A stretch of 62,861 nt of DNA, counting the filler. It is 7 parts of 7 records of this genome, joined end to end, with 100 filler letters (N's around TTAATTAATTAA, not from the genome) between each part and the next. Parts side by side here need not be neighbours in the genome. Positions count along the whole stretch, not along the records: positions 13,549 to 34,413 come from SRR2962707_3854; positions 34,514 to 41,288 come from SRR2962707_3858; 5 more parts are not named here. One strand, given 5' to 3'. Positions 25,601-38,100 of the stretch are shown here, one piece after another. Each line of letters begins with the position of its first letter. The stretch's first letter is position 1. The position numbers were made by a program, and so were the translations under genes. The notes beneath the pieces are model-generated. The model was not told the origin of the DNA, ran no database searches, and saw nothing but the letters and a program-made list of their open reading frames with translations.

Positions 25601-28600
25601 CCTGACCCCTCTTGCCTTTGAAGAGATCGTTGCGAACGTTCCCACCGAAGTCAACACAACGGAACACGCATGTGTCGGAGTATCCATGTTTATGGATCTC
25701 GAATTGACGCAACGATGGTCGGAACTAACCAAAAACCCTCAAGTTGCAGATGATCTGAATGATTGCTATGCTCAGCTGACAGCGTACGTTGGTCGAATGG
25801 CAGGCTGCAGGTTGATCATTACCTGCTTGGACTTCCTGTTCACGTTGCTCGTTTGTCATCACTCAAATGTAGACAAACATCAAAAGAGGAGACACGGAGC
25901 CAGTGCTTCAACCCCCGCCAGTTTACGAGAACGACGCAGAACATGCAGGATGATGATCGTTTTGCGAGAGTGGTGGTTCAGGTGCGTGTATGGCTCGACC
26001 CCGCTGTCCGCACGGCCGCGATTCAATCATTCTGGGCCATATTTCGGGCAAGCCTTCGCCCAATTGACCTATATCGTGGAATGAGGGACTGGTTGGGTGT
26101 GGGAAAGCAATTTTCACAGGCTTTGGAGTACCGTCGACGCCAGTTTACTCATGCATTAAAAGATGCTGAACAATCCCAAGCTTCAACAAAGGATTATGTG
26201 CACGGGACCCAACCTTCTTTTCCTCTGGGCAGCTCGGCCAACAGTAAAATCGCAGTGCAAACATACGGCGGACCTCGCCAAGTCGCACCCAGCGTCCGAC
26301 ACCGTGTTTTTTGCAAAGCGCGGAAAGCTGGCCGCAGCATTGCGTGCAGTGAATCAGACAGCTCTGCCGAACTTGACGAAGCGTCGACCTCCGGTGACGA
26401 CGACAACAATGCAGCGGCCGGCGCTGAGCGCGTATCCCGGCCTCAGCACCAATCGCAATCGTTGACAGAAACGCAGACAAGTACAAGCGCGGCAAAGCAG
26501 GTCGATGCATCTGTGGAAGCAGCAAGGACAAAAGCCAAGGTGGCAGCTGAAAAGTACAGTTTGATTTTACAGCAGCACGAAAAGGAGCAGCGAGAATCAA
26601 TCATCATGGCCCGAAAGCGCAAAGCGCTCATGTCATCTGCATTGAAACAGTATGTGTCGCCTGAGCTCACGTTGCCTCAGAAACTGCCTCAGTCACTGCG
26701 GCAACAACAAATTGTTTTGGTCGCGCTCATTCAGGTACCAGACACAAAATGCTGCGAAGTCTGAACGTGCTCGAATGCGAATAGCACGACGAGACCTGCG
26801 ACGACGCGCATATTTGTGGAAAAAGGGAGACGACGTATTGGCCAGAATTGTTGGAGATGCAGAAGGACGAGGTGATTGCATTGAGAAGACTGCATTGTGC
26901 CACCTTAGTGGGTACCGCACTCATGGGAATTGTGTGTTTGGATTTTAACACATGCCATGCCAGGGGCCACTCGGCGATATTTTCCTGCAAGAATTCTGAA
27001 GCCCATGTGGAGGTCCCCAGCTGAGGATGACGATATTGCAAAACGTTTCTACCTAGTATGTTACAAGCCGTATTTTTGCAGCCGTTATTGCGTGCACAGC
27101 GTTGAGCGCTGATTGTTTGATTCTCATCTGCAGGTTAAATACACAAGCAGTTTGCTTGTCAACACAGCGCCGGAAGTAATTGATGGTGCCGACATCAAAG
27201 CACACGATGATGCTAGTAGCGGTGACGAGAGTTCAGATGAGTCTGACGACTCTTCGACTGCTTCGTCAGTTGAGTACTGGAGTGCTGTGCCCATCGGCGC
27301 AACTTTTGTGGTCTTTGACGACCCTGAAAATATGGATCCCAATGAAGCAAACGTAGGGCGCTTTATGGGAATTACCTCTGCTCCGGGAACTTCTCCCCTG
27401 TAGGTTGCATTATGTCTTGCGCCCTCGTCGCGGTCTGCTGGAACTGAGCATTCGCATCTGTTGCTGATTTATTACTCTTGATTTTGTGGATGCAGCCGGG
27501 CAGCAATACAGTTCATCGATGACCGCAAGGATGAACTCGGCGTTGCTGTGACTCGATTGTTCCCCTGCGAAGTGGAAGACCCTGAATTGATGAGTACGGT
27601 CTCCAGCACCGGCCAAGTACAATCGCGGAGTGCGGAACTTGATCTCATTCGCCAATCTGCGACGGCGGCAACGGATGCGGCTAGTGTTCGTGCTCAGCCT
27701 GAATACGACTGTGTGCGCTGAACCTGCTCAATTAAATACACAAGCCTCATCAAATATGGTGTAATGGTAGGCGGCGGCAGAGCTCTCCGAACTTGAAGAC
27801 CTCAGTGCGCAGCAACAGCTGGACGCGTTGCGAGCGCAAGAGGCTGTTTTTCTTGCAACGACGTTGCGCAGCGTGGAGCGCGCAGCCAACGACATGCTGG
27901 ACACTGACTCGGGCCAAAAAATCTTGGATCATCGTGCTCAAGTTGCCTGGGCCTACGACAACGGCGTTGTGCGCAAAGTCCGTTTTTGAAACCATTCAGC
28001 AAAGCGATGAACAACCGGTCACGATTTTGTCCTGTAACTGTTCTACTTCCACGGGCTTTTCGCAGGTATTAGTTGATCGGCACGCTGATAGCTTAGGGAT
28101 TCCTCTTGGTATTGATGCTTCCGTGGAGCAGCAGGTTGTGTTGACCGTGTTAGGGCAAAGCTTGCCCATGCTGGACCCATCCCTCGTTCTCACAGGCGTA
28201 GAAACGGGCTCTCCGCTTAGTCGACACGGTGTAGCACCTGGTGATGTGATAGTTGCTTTGAATGGCGCGCGTTTTCGTGACTTGCAGCATTTTGGAGCAC
28301 AGGTGATTGTCTTGCGTCTCGTCATTAATTGTCTGTGGCTTGTCGTGTCTGGGAAGTCATGAAGTCGTTTTGCTACCGTCTCGCAGATCAAGTCCAGTCC
28401 AAGATTGCTATTCGACATCGTTCATATGCGCGGCGACGCAGCACCGCCCGTGCTCGACTCATATCGCTCCAGTGTGCGTGAAGCGCTCCTTGCCGACCTT
28501 GGCCACCGCACAATGAGCAAGGCGCGCGTAGTCTTTGCTGTGCAGCACGCTTCCGAAATTGCTCGCTTGACACGCGGGCACTCGCCGCTTGCCGGGCTGT

Positions 28601-31594
28601 TTCAGGAGCAGCAACCTCGAGTCCTTATGTCGTTCGACGATGGTGAAGCCGCGATAAGCAACGCGAGCCCACGTGAGGTGTTTGAGCAATCTGCGAGCAG
28701 TGACGTTGCCATTGACAGCACGGATCGAGAAAGTGCGCGGCGGCTGCTTCTTGAAGCTCTCGAACTGCAGGCACGCCCGGGAGTAGATAGTCACTCCGCG
28801 CTTGCTGACGAAGCATCCCTTCAGCCTGTCCTGGGTGAGATAAGGAAGGGGCTGGAAGCCCGCATGGCTGAGTACGTGACAAGTCGGACAAATGCTTTTT
28901 CTTTTCCCAAGCCAATGTACACATTTGAGACAGAACCTTCGCCCATGATCGCAGGTTCATTGACCGTCACGTGCTTCAAGCAGAGAACGAGACCCATGAG
29001 GTTCTCAATTCTACCGTCGGACAGGATATTTTAAAGTACCAGGTGCTATTATTGACGGCTCTGTTTTGTTTCTGTTGTCTGGTGCCTTTTGCCTCCACTT
29101 ACGCGTCTCGTCAAATTCGTACTGCAGGCGAAATTGCAGTGGTGTTGGGACCACAACGCCGTTCGCACAATAGATGTTGAACGTGCAAGCGTGCACGATC
29201 CTCTTGACATAGAAGCAGTCATTGCTCACCAGGTGCATGTTCGAGCAAAATGTGTCAACAAAATTGTCGTTGTTGACTGTGATCGTATCAGTCCCACTCT
29301 TGCACGCTCATGTAGGTTGATTTGGAGTTTGGAGATCTGCTGCTTCACATATCGCAGGCGGTACTTGAAGTTACCTGCGTTGAAAAACAGTCTATACTTA
29401 TTGCTCACGGCGTTTCACCCGGAGATGTTTTCCTGACCGTCAATGACAAGTCGGTTGACACGATCGAAACGTTTCGAGAAACTGTGCGGAAAAGTGAGGC
29501 GCTTCGGATCAAAGTGGCCTCCCTGCATGAAGCTCCCATTACTGAGGCTTATCTGGCGAAAGTTCGAAATGCCATCCACGCACGCATGCGGCACGAGACC
29601 CGCTTGAAGGCACAAGAATTATTTCATGCGGTGCACAAGGAAGAGTTTGCACAGGTTTGTTGTTTTTCTCACACTTCCATGAACGAAGTGCACTCTGCTC
29701 CTACTAATAAATGTGGTGCGCGGGTCTGTTCAATTGCTGCAGCGAGAACAGCGTCCAGACATTTTCAAAACGGCGTTCCATGCCCACGATCTTGACGGGG
29801 ATGGCGTCGTCGACGAACAAGAGGTTAAACCTGCACCGCTTCCAGTTCACGATTGTTTTGGGTTGATTTCGACCTTGGATTTTCTTAACGTTTTGCCCGT
29901 TTCGTAGGCTCAGCATTTGAAGGATGAAGGTCGAACTCTTCTCAGACACTTCATGAATGCCCCTTCGCACACGGAGGAAACCCTCAGCATTGCTGCTCGG
30001 CGGGCGAGGATCTTTGTTGAGCAGGTGTTTGGAACCCAACAATACATGAGTTTTCGGACACAGTATGTGTGGCAATGTGTGGTGTTTTGAGTCTGACTAA
30101 ATTTGGGCACTGCCACCACACACACACCAGGCAAAGGAAGAGCGCGCCCGCCGAGAACATGCAAAGTTCCTTGCTCGCAACCAAGCCCTCTTTGACGAGC
30201 AAGAAGCCACAAAACGCCGGACGCATCGCGAGCGAGCACAAGCCGCGATTAAGCTCCAGTTGCAGGTCCGGGCTCGTCGTGCGCGCGACGCCATTCGGAA
30301 GAAGCACGAAGATATTCTTGCAAGCTTGGGGGACAAGCAGCGGATGCATGCATGGGCAATACGACGCAGTAAAGATGAGGCAGCGGCAGCTGTTCGATTG
30401 CAGATGGTGGTTCGGATGAGAAACGCTCGCAAAACGCTCGAAATGCGTCGTGAAGCGTCCGCGGCGAAGCGGGCTGCTATTAAGCTTCAGGCCCTCTGGC
30501 GCGGAAATGACGCTCGTCGTCCCCAGTAAGTACATGGAGTTGTGCATTGGATTTCGTTTGGATGTTTGTTGGAAAACTGAGTGGGTGACCCTTTTGCAAT
30601 GGTGTTGACCTTTGTGCAATGGTTGGTGCGCCAAGATTTGAAAACCGTCGACAACGGCGCAAGCGCAGACGAGCTACACGTCGACGCCAGGAGCGTATGG
30701 CCGCTAAACATGCCCGTCAGAACTCCCGCAGTAGGGTCGATGACGCTGACAGCGACACAAGCAACTCATCTTCTTGCGACGAAGGTCCTGTGGTTGGGCG
30801 AGCGTTCCTCGGCGGCGCACCAACGGGCAGGCCACAGCACAATCACCATCAGACACTCGGCGATGAAGTGCGCACGTTCAGACAGATGGTCGAGCGGGGA
30901 AACGCAATGAAGCGATTAGAACGCGCGATGCGTTTGCTTGGACTTCAGCTGGAGCGTGCGCATTTCGAACACTGCACAGTGCAAGAAATCAGGCTTGTGA
31001 CGGCACGCTACAACCGACACAATAAGGCAAGCACAAAGCGCACCTATCGTTTCTCATCATATTTGTGTCTTTCTTCTTGTCCGAAAACGTACTTTCCTGC
31101 AAAGCCACCATCAGCCCTTTGCCTAACTCTACTTGTTTTGCATAAATTGGGTCTGTTCGTCGGCAGCAAATCCAGCGAGAGCGAAGCGCGTTCGACTTAT
31201 GGGGATGTCTGGACAGCATGGTGGAAAACGCCGCCGCTGAACGCCTGCAGCGCTCGATGCGTCGACATTGCAAACGAAAGGCCGATAAGCTTGCAAGAGT
31301 CAAAGCACAGGCTGAGAGGGACCACCAGCAACTTGAGGCACTTCGAGAGCGGCAGGTAAGCTGATTCTGCAAGCCATTTGTTGTGGTTTTGCTGGTTCAG
31401 CAACACGGGTTGGCATGCTGATGCGTTTTATTGAATATGGCGTTCGGTGCAAACACCAGCGTCTTGCCACGGCAGAACGCAAATCACGTGCAGCAGAGAA
31501 AGCTCGGCGCACTGAGGTCGCGAAGCAAGAAAAAGCTGCACGTCGAGCTGAGTTCGCCGAAAAACAGCGGCAGCGTGTTCGAGGCAGCAGCTAG
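13698..31594 (+). CDS. Very large multi-exon scaffold protein (IQ motifs, PDZ-like, Tudor/Agenet-like repeats, EF-hands, coiled coils), probably 5'-partial and possibly more than one gene
   Basis: IQ-like: LQSLIRGAIVRK, LQRFWRARSAKK, IQRRFRAQRK, LQMVVRMRNARK, LQALWRGNDARR. PDZ-like: AGLRGNDVI, AGLQTGDIIFGLDG, GVAPGDVIVALNG, GVSPGDVFLTVND. Tudor-like: GEAVEALY..WFPATV..YEDGDVEERV. EF-hands: DVDGDGYVSVED and DLDGDGVVDEQE. Continuous plus-strand exon/intron pattern, last exon ends in TAG at 31594. Confidence 0.7.
16755..20200 (+). repeat. Three tandem ~1.2 kb exon-block repeats (multi-Tudor module) within the scaffold gene
   Basis: GM...N.NYG.GM|.EFW(V/I) and (S/A)Y..AM.EAE..A.(V/I)TPR recur at ~16.76, 17.97 and 19.13 kb with identical intron positions. 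Confidence 0.85.
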
Positions 31595-32375
31595 CAATAG
31601 CAAGCAGACTTGAACGAGGAGGACAGATCTCAGAATATGGACTCGGAATGTAGTTGCGCCGTGTCGGCGGGCTTATCAAAACACGAAACGGACATTTCCT
31701 AAGCGCCACAATTTTCTGTTGCAGCAAGTAGTGATGAGGCTGTGGATTCCATGGGTATTGCTATGTCCACAGCTTGGACGCTTCAGTTTGCCACTTTGTG
31801 AGCTCGTGCACACACTGAGGACCAAGATTCATTTTACGTCAGAATGTAACTTGTAATTTTGTTGATGCAACCGTCAAGGAGGATGGTAGTCGACAAAATT
31901 TTCATAAGTAAGAACGACATTGGACATTGTCAAGATACATCGTTTGAGTTGTAAGCCAGAGAGACCCACAGGGTCGCAAGGGTGCCAATTCACTTGAAGT
32001 ACCGACATGCCAGACAGCTTGGATCAACACAAAGTTCAAGGCTAGTTAATCCGGAGACTTGCGAGGCGTAGAGGCGCAGTTGAGAGAAGGACAGGACGGT
32101 GCCTTCAGTACATCAATTGCTTGGCAAACTAGGTGCCTTTGAACACATGCTCCCGCGTCAGGGCCAATATGTCAGGGCCGATTGAATGTTTGGTGGGCGA
32201 GTCTGCTGGTTGGTTGTGCGAAGTGCACTTTGAGATGATGCGTTGAATGTGATATTGTCTTTCAAACAGCCTCCACTGCTGAAGCAAACAGAGCTAGGTT
32301 GAAAATTTAATTAAAACAAAAATAGCACCAATTAATTGGGACACACCATCTCAAAGTGCATTTCGAATTCCAACA

Positions 32376-34046
32376 TTAGGGTAATGCAGTGCAATTTTGC
32401 CACTCAATAACAAAAAAATTGGTGGCAGTGACAAAAGCATGCGTGCCCGAAGGTGATACTGCCACTTGTGACGCGCTCATGACATCAGTCGTGTCGCCTG
32501 TAAGACTGCCAACAAAAACTGGGCTGTCACTTTCAGTGACGTCGACCACAGAAAAGCCTGCTGCGATCTCGCCACACGCCACACACACAGACCCGCCATT
32601 AGGGTCAACCGCCACTCCATTGGGCCCGTTCAAATTTGTTGCATCATCCGCTATTGCACCAACTACAAGAGGAGAGTTCGGTGACGAAACATCCACTACG
32701 GCAAGAGTGTCTGACGCTCCGCCAGCGACATACACGTGGCTTCCCGACGTTGATACTGCTACACCCATTGCAGTTTTCAAGTAGCTGAAGTCTCCGACAA
32801 TGCTGCCTGTCACAAATGGAGCTGTCGGCTCTGTAACATCGACAATAGCAAGGCTTGCGGAGCGTGACCCTGTGACAAACACATATTTTCCGTTCGGGGA
32901 GGCGGCAACCCCAAAAGGTCCAGCCATGTTGACACCGTCTTCCACAATGCTGCCAACAACTTTGGGGACTGCGGGGTTGGCTACGTCGACGACAGCCAAG
33001 CTATTGGAGGCAGAACCAGTGACGTATACATAGCGGCCGCCTGGCGACACGGACACCGCATAAGCTGACTTCATATTAGTTGCGTTGACAACTGTCCCTG
33101 TCAGCGTGGGCCACTGCGGATCCACCACATTGAAGACAGAAATGCCATCACCACCAACCACCGACACGTAAACATACGAACCATCAGGAGAAACTGCAAC
33201 ACCCCACGGATTTAGAAGAGTTGAGCTATTTCTGTATGCGCCGACAACAGCGGGGCTGTCGACATTAGAGACATCAATCACTACAAGACTATTCGACGTG
33301 TAGCTGGCGACGTACACGTACTGACCATTTGGGGCAACAGCAACACCGTGGGGGCTGTGCATGTTCGTTGAGTCTCCGATGATGCTCCCAACTATAACCG
33401 GAGCACTCAATGCCGTGCAGTTGTACGTTGGCTCGGTTGTGGTTGGCGCAGCCGTTGTGCCCGAGTCGGCTGGCAGCGTCAAATTCAACGTCACAAAGAG
33501 TTCGTTTGCCGCGTTTGTCAACTCCCGTAACACCCGAGAAACGTTCTGGTGGTTGCTCACACCAATGGTAAAACCTTCAGCACAGCTGCACACCCCATTC
33601 ACGACGAGCTCAGCCCCCGTGTCAGTAGCCTGTTCATCGCATGACGGTCCAGTAAGTTTGCGACCTCTCTGCTCCGCTTCAGGCCACGGCGCCCGCACTG
33701 CTCGTAACAGCTCCTCAAGCCGACGGTCTAACCTGCTTCGCTCAGCGGAAGTGCGGCTACTTTGCCTTTCAATTGCCGCCTGCAAGGCAAGTAGTTGGTG
33801 CTGCAAGAAATCGATTTCGTCGTTTTGCCGGCGAATCTTCGCCATCAGAAGCTCTCGACTGGGGTCTTGCAGTGGCCGCACTGCAGCTATAGTTGTGGTG
33901 TGCACGTTGCTATCAGCCTCGCGGCGACTTCCAAGCGTCGCAGCACTCGGGTCGCGTATCCAGGCCGCTGCGTCAACACGCACAAACCCGGAGGATGCTG
34001 CTGCCAAGACAGCAACCGCGAGGCAATAGAATGCGGAGCATCTCAT
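32376..34046 (-). CDS. Secreted 7-bladed beta-propeller protein (YVTN/YncE/LVIVD-like repeats) with N-terminal coiled coil, intronless
   Basis: 556-aa ORF with signal peptide MRCSAFYCLAVAVLAAASS. Seven ~48-aa repeats P.VVG.I......P.GVAVSP.G.YVYV.....SLAVVDV. Confidence 0.9.
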   Translation of the reverse strand: MRCSAFYCLAVAVLAAASSGFVRVDAAAWIRDPSAATLGSRREADSNVHTTTIAAVRPLQDPSRELLMAKIRRQNDEIDFLQHQLLALQAAIERQSSRTSAERSRLDRRLEELLRAVRAPWPEAEQRGRKLTGPSCDEQATDTGAELVVNGVCSCAEGFTIGVSNHQNVSRVLRELTNAANELFVTLNLTLPADSGTTAAPTTTEPTYNCTALSAPVIVGSIIGDSTNMHSPHGVAVAPNGQYVYVASYTSNSLVVIDVSNVDSPAVVGAYRNSSTLLNPWGVAVSPDGSYVYVSVVGGDGISVFNVVDPQWPTLTGTVVNATNMKSAYAVSVSPGGRYVYVTGSASNSLAVVDVANPAVPKVVGSIVEDGVNMAGPFGVAASPNGKYVFVTGSRSASLAIVDVTEPTAPFVTGSIVGDFSYLKTAMGVAVSTSGSHVYVAGGASDTLAVVDVSSPNSPLVVGAIADDATNLNGPNGVAVDPNGGSVCVACGEIAAGFSVVDVTESDSPVFVGSLTGDTTDVMSASQVAVSPSGTHAFVTATNFFVIEWQNCTALP

Positions 34047-34339
34047 AACGACTGTCTCCCGCTAATTTTGCGACAACAACCAATATGTGCACAGTAGTAG
34101 TACAGAGCAGCAGCGACAACACCCACCCGCAGTCGTCGGCCCACCTGCTGCTGCTGGTGGTACGTTTGGGCAGCAGTTACTCACCGACCAGCGCGCGCAA
34201 CACAAACCAGAAAGAAAAAAATAAACGTCAGCAGTCACACTGAGGAACCATCCATCCAATTTCTCAACGAACGCGTTGCGTGGTTCATGCATGCACGCAT
34301 TCATGCATTGTGTTGCAACACAAGAACGTTGTGGCTTCC

Positions 34340-34413
34340 TGAGTGAGTGAGTGAGTGAAAAGAATGCAGGTGTGTCTACGGCTGTGAGTGAGTGAGAGAG
34401 AGAGAGAGAGTGA
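34340..34413. repeat. (GAGT)n and (GA)n microsatellites at contig end
   Basis: Read directly. Confidence 0.85.
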
Positions 34414-34513
34414 NNNNNNNNNNNNNNNNNNNNNNNNNNNNNNNNNNNNNNNNNNNNTTAATTAATTAANNNNNNNNNNNNNNNNNNNNNNNNNNNNNNN
34501 NNNNNNNNNNNNN
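34414..34513. other. Artificial contig spacer
   Basis: N44-TTAATTAATTAA-N44. Confidence 0.99.
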
Positions 34514-34557
34514 ATGATGATGATGACGATGATGATGATGATGTGTGTGCTGCACAG

Positions 34558-35108
34558 CCATTTTCTGGGGCTACCAAACGCGAATCGCTGACAGCATTAG
34601 TGCTGTGTTCACAGAGAGCCCATTCGAACAAGGTATTGCTTTGCCTGCTTGAACTGCGTGCTTGAACTGCGTGACATTGCATTGCAATGATTTGACTTTT
34701 TCACCCAATTGTTCCGCGCAACACAAATTCAAAGGTTACGACTTAACGATTGGTACATCTGAGCGAGGCGACTACAACGTAATGGACCCTGACTTCAAAG
34801 TGCCACCATTCCAGCACGCACTTGTCTTGTTTGGTGGTGTCGAGGGTTTGGAAGTTGCGGTTGGAAACGATGAGCGGCTATCAGTTGCTGCTGCCGACAC
34901 GAAGCGCCTCTTTGACATGTGAGTGTGCCCTGAATGACTGAAACTAAGTACTCTCAGATTTTGAGCGAGGTGCCGAACCGGTGATGACATGTACTATTGT
35001 TGTTGCAGGTGGGTAAACACGTGCCCATTCCAAGGAAGCCGGACGATTCGCACAGAAGAAGCAATCTTTATTTCGCTGGCAAGTCTCGGTAGGCATTTGT
35101 TTGTGTAG
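34558..35108 (+). CDS. SPOUT1: SPOUT-class RNA methyltransferase SPOUT1/C9orf114 homolog, 3' part (three exons)
   Basis: Spliced product FWGYQTRIADSISAVFTESPFEQ|GYDLTIGTSERG..HALVLFGGVEGLE..LFDM|WVNTCPFQGSRTIRTEEAIFISLASL. Confidence 0.9.
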
Positions 35109-35181
35109 TACGGAGTCCAATAGCTTCGTCAGAAATCCGCTTGCGCGCAAGAGCGAACTCGTTACAGGCCGCACGAATAAT

Positions 35182-38100
35182 TTATATTGTTGTTCCGAAT
35201 TCCGCTGCAATAGCATCGATGAGTTTTTGCACCTGGTTCAAGCGTCGCTTTTGCGTGATATAGACCGCAACACGAAGGTCGTTTGGCGATAGTGAACCTA
35301 GCACAGCAGACGGAACAGCTGTCAAACCAAATGATTCATCTTTCACGGGCATCGCGCTTTTGAAGGCACAAACTCTCGCACGGACCAAAGCTATTTCCTT
35401 GCAACAGTCCAAGTAACGCTGCACCTGTAGAGAAAACGGTGGCCATGTTTCGTTGGACTTCGGCAGATGCCAATCGAAAAGCAGCCATCACACCCGGACC
35501 GCCAACAAGCAGAAGAACGTGGAACAATCTGGTGAGCTGCGGTACGCCCGTGTTGTCGCCAGCGCTGACGACGACCATCGAATGTGATGTGCTTGGGCTG
35601 GCCGAGCCCTTGGCGTGCGCTGGTGAAAGCGACGTGAGTAGCTGCAGCAATACGGATGGGCTGTGCCTGGCAATAGCCGACGCGAAGAAAATCTGAAAGA
35701 CTGCGCTTGCGCGTGGATGCGTCCAGCATTGGTCTGAGTTCGCAAATTGCAGCGCCAAGTTCTTCGTTAGCTCCATATCGCTGCCACGAAGATGGTCTGT
35801 TGCTTGTGCTTTTGCCGGTGGCGGTGTGGCGCAAATTTCAACTGCGGAAAACCCAAGGGAGCTGCGGGCAATACCAAGCAGCACGTCGTCGCTGGATACG
35901 CACCCTAAAACTACCTTGACTGCGTTTCGACACTGAGGTGAATCGGCCGCGTCGTCGACAGTTGTCAATTCGATTCCTGAGCGCCAGAGTTGGTAATGAC
36001 ACCAATGAAGTACACACGCGGTGACCGCAAACGAACTGTCAATTTCAGAGCTGTTGTGATCATCTTGAGCCGTTTCAGTGGGCGATGGATTGCCACCCAT
36101 GCCGCTTGTTTGTGCAGCCGCGCGTGTGAGGCGGTGGGCTAAGGCAGCCAAAGGCAAGATCTGCAGATCTGAATATTTCGTCAATGCAGCGTCCGCGGTC
36201 GCAAGGCTCATGGTGATTTCGCAGAGAATATGCTGTGGTCGGTTGTGCGCGGGCACGTTCAAGGCAGCCTCAGCAACAAGATCAATTGCTTCTATTGGCC
36301 ATGGTTGCAAACTCAGGAAGTGTGATTCGAATAAAGACAAAAGCTGTGTTGCGGCGTCACTACTCAACGGCACCCGGCTCGAGCGAATGGGACCGGCAAA
36401 CAAGCGACAAATCAGTTGAAAACTTTTCCACTGCCAATGGCGTGGCGTGCGCGCAACACCAGCGTTGGACCCGTCACAAAAGTCCGTCCAAAATTGCTGC
36501 AGGCAAAAATGCAATGCCCCCGCGCTGCCGGTACCATCCTTTGAGCTGGTCGACACATCACTACACGCAGATGCTTCAACGGTTTCAAGCAGAATCGCTA
36601 TCACTCGGAACAGAAACATCAACTGTGGTTGGTTCCATCTGTCAGCAATTGCGCGCTCACGAATACCCAAACAGGCAATCCTAATGAAGGCGAACAGCGC
36701 CCTGTTCAGCAGCTGAAGTCCAGCCGAGCCTTCCCGGTTGTGGGTCGCCATAGTTCTAAAAAAGCTGCGCACCCACTCATCAAACTCAAATGGTTGCATG
36801 ACATCGTTGATTTCTCCTTCTGCTTGGTGTGTAGTGGACTCCATCCTCAACAACTCAAACGCAACCCACGCCACGGGTCTCGGCAATCCCCACGTTGCGT
36901 GCAGATCCGAGCTTCCCACCAATGGAGGCATTCCGCAAGCTCTGTTGCAGAATTGGAGTGAGGCCACATTGCCAAAAAGTGCAATAACGACTGAGTTTAC
37001 GGCGGCAGCCCGCGACCAAGTGGTGTGCTCACCACTCAGTTTCGACGCACGGTGTGCCAACCAAATGCAAACGTTTACGAAGCGGCAGGGAAGGTCCACA
37101 AATCGACAACTGTTCACAGGCGCTGTGCTGGCCGAATAATTTTGGTTTGCAGAGCAGTTGAAACATCTCACGCGTACCAGTCCCGTTGTGTGCTTGTAGG
37201 CTTTCAATCGAGCTTGGACCAATGCGGCTGTGAGTTGAATGATTCGGCCAAGTGCACCCATGTCGAGGTATACTTGCGCATCCGCGAGCATACGTGAGAG
37301 AAATGAGCCTGGCTTTCGAAAGAATACGGGCAAAGCAGATCGGTTGTCACCGTCATCGAAGCGTGCCAAGCCTTCTGCGATTGCCGCGAGCGCCTGGACC
37401 TGGAGAGGGTCCAGTCTCTTCTGCGATGGCGCACAAATAAATCCTTGGTGCAACAGGTGCCACACATGCTGAATGACGTTTTGTCGGAACATGGCACTAC
37501 TTCGCTTTCGAGTGAGCGGTTCACCATCTAAAGCCAACAACTTCAACGTGAGAGGCTCCAGCGAATCCACTGATGTGTCCGAGGCCGTTGGCGAGTTGCC
37601 GCAGCACAAAGCCCGTGCATGTAAATGCACGTTGATCAAACGTTGCAAATAGCCAATGCCAATTGCAGAATGTTGATTCAAATTCGCACACGTTGGCTCA
37701 GTAAGGACGCCCAAGTGATTGAGCAATCTGCTCACAAGCTCCTGAATAACTTTCAAGTTGATGCGCTGTTGTTGCAGAAGCCGTTCGTGTAGGTTCACGA
37801 CAGAAGTATTGCTGGAATTAGGTGTCTTTGGGCGCTTTTTCGGTGGTACAGTATTTCTCTCATGCTCGCCGCTCCTGCCAGCAAGTGCATTCAATCGCAA
37901 CTGCACAGCACCAATGTCGCACAGCACGCGCTCTAGCGAAGCCAGCGATCCGTCGAGGTCACTCCCTGTGGCAGGCACAGGCACGGTAGCAAGTATCCGA
38001 CGTCATGCACACGTACAATCGCAGGCAGTACTGAAGCCAACAGTGCATAAATCGCACACCTTCTTGAAGGTGCGGGTTTGTCCCAAGGGCAATGGCTTCA

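Noticed and set aside
13549-31700. Pseudogene or reassigned stop codons explaining the fragmented ORFs
   Set aside because: The breaks examined coincide with GT..AG introns, and splicing restores motifs under the standard code.
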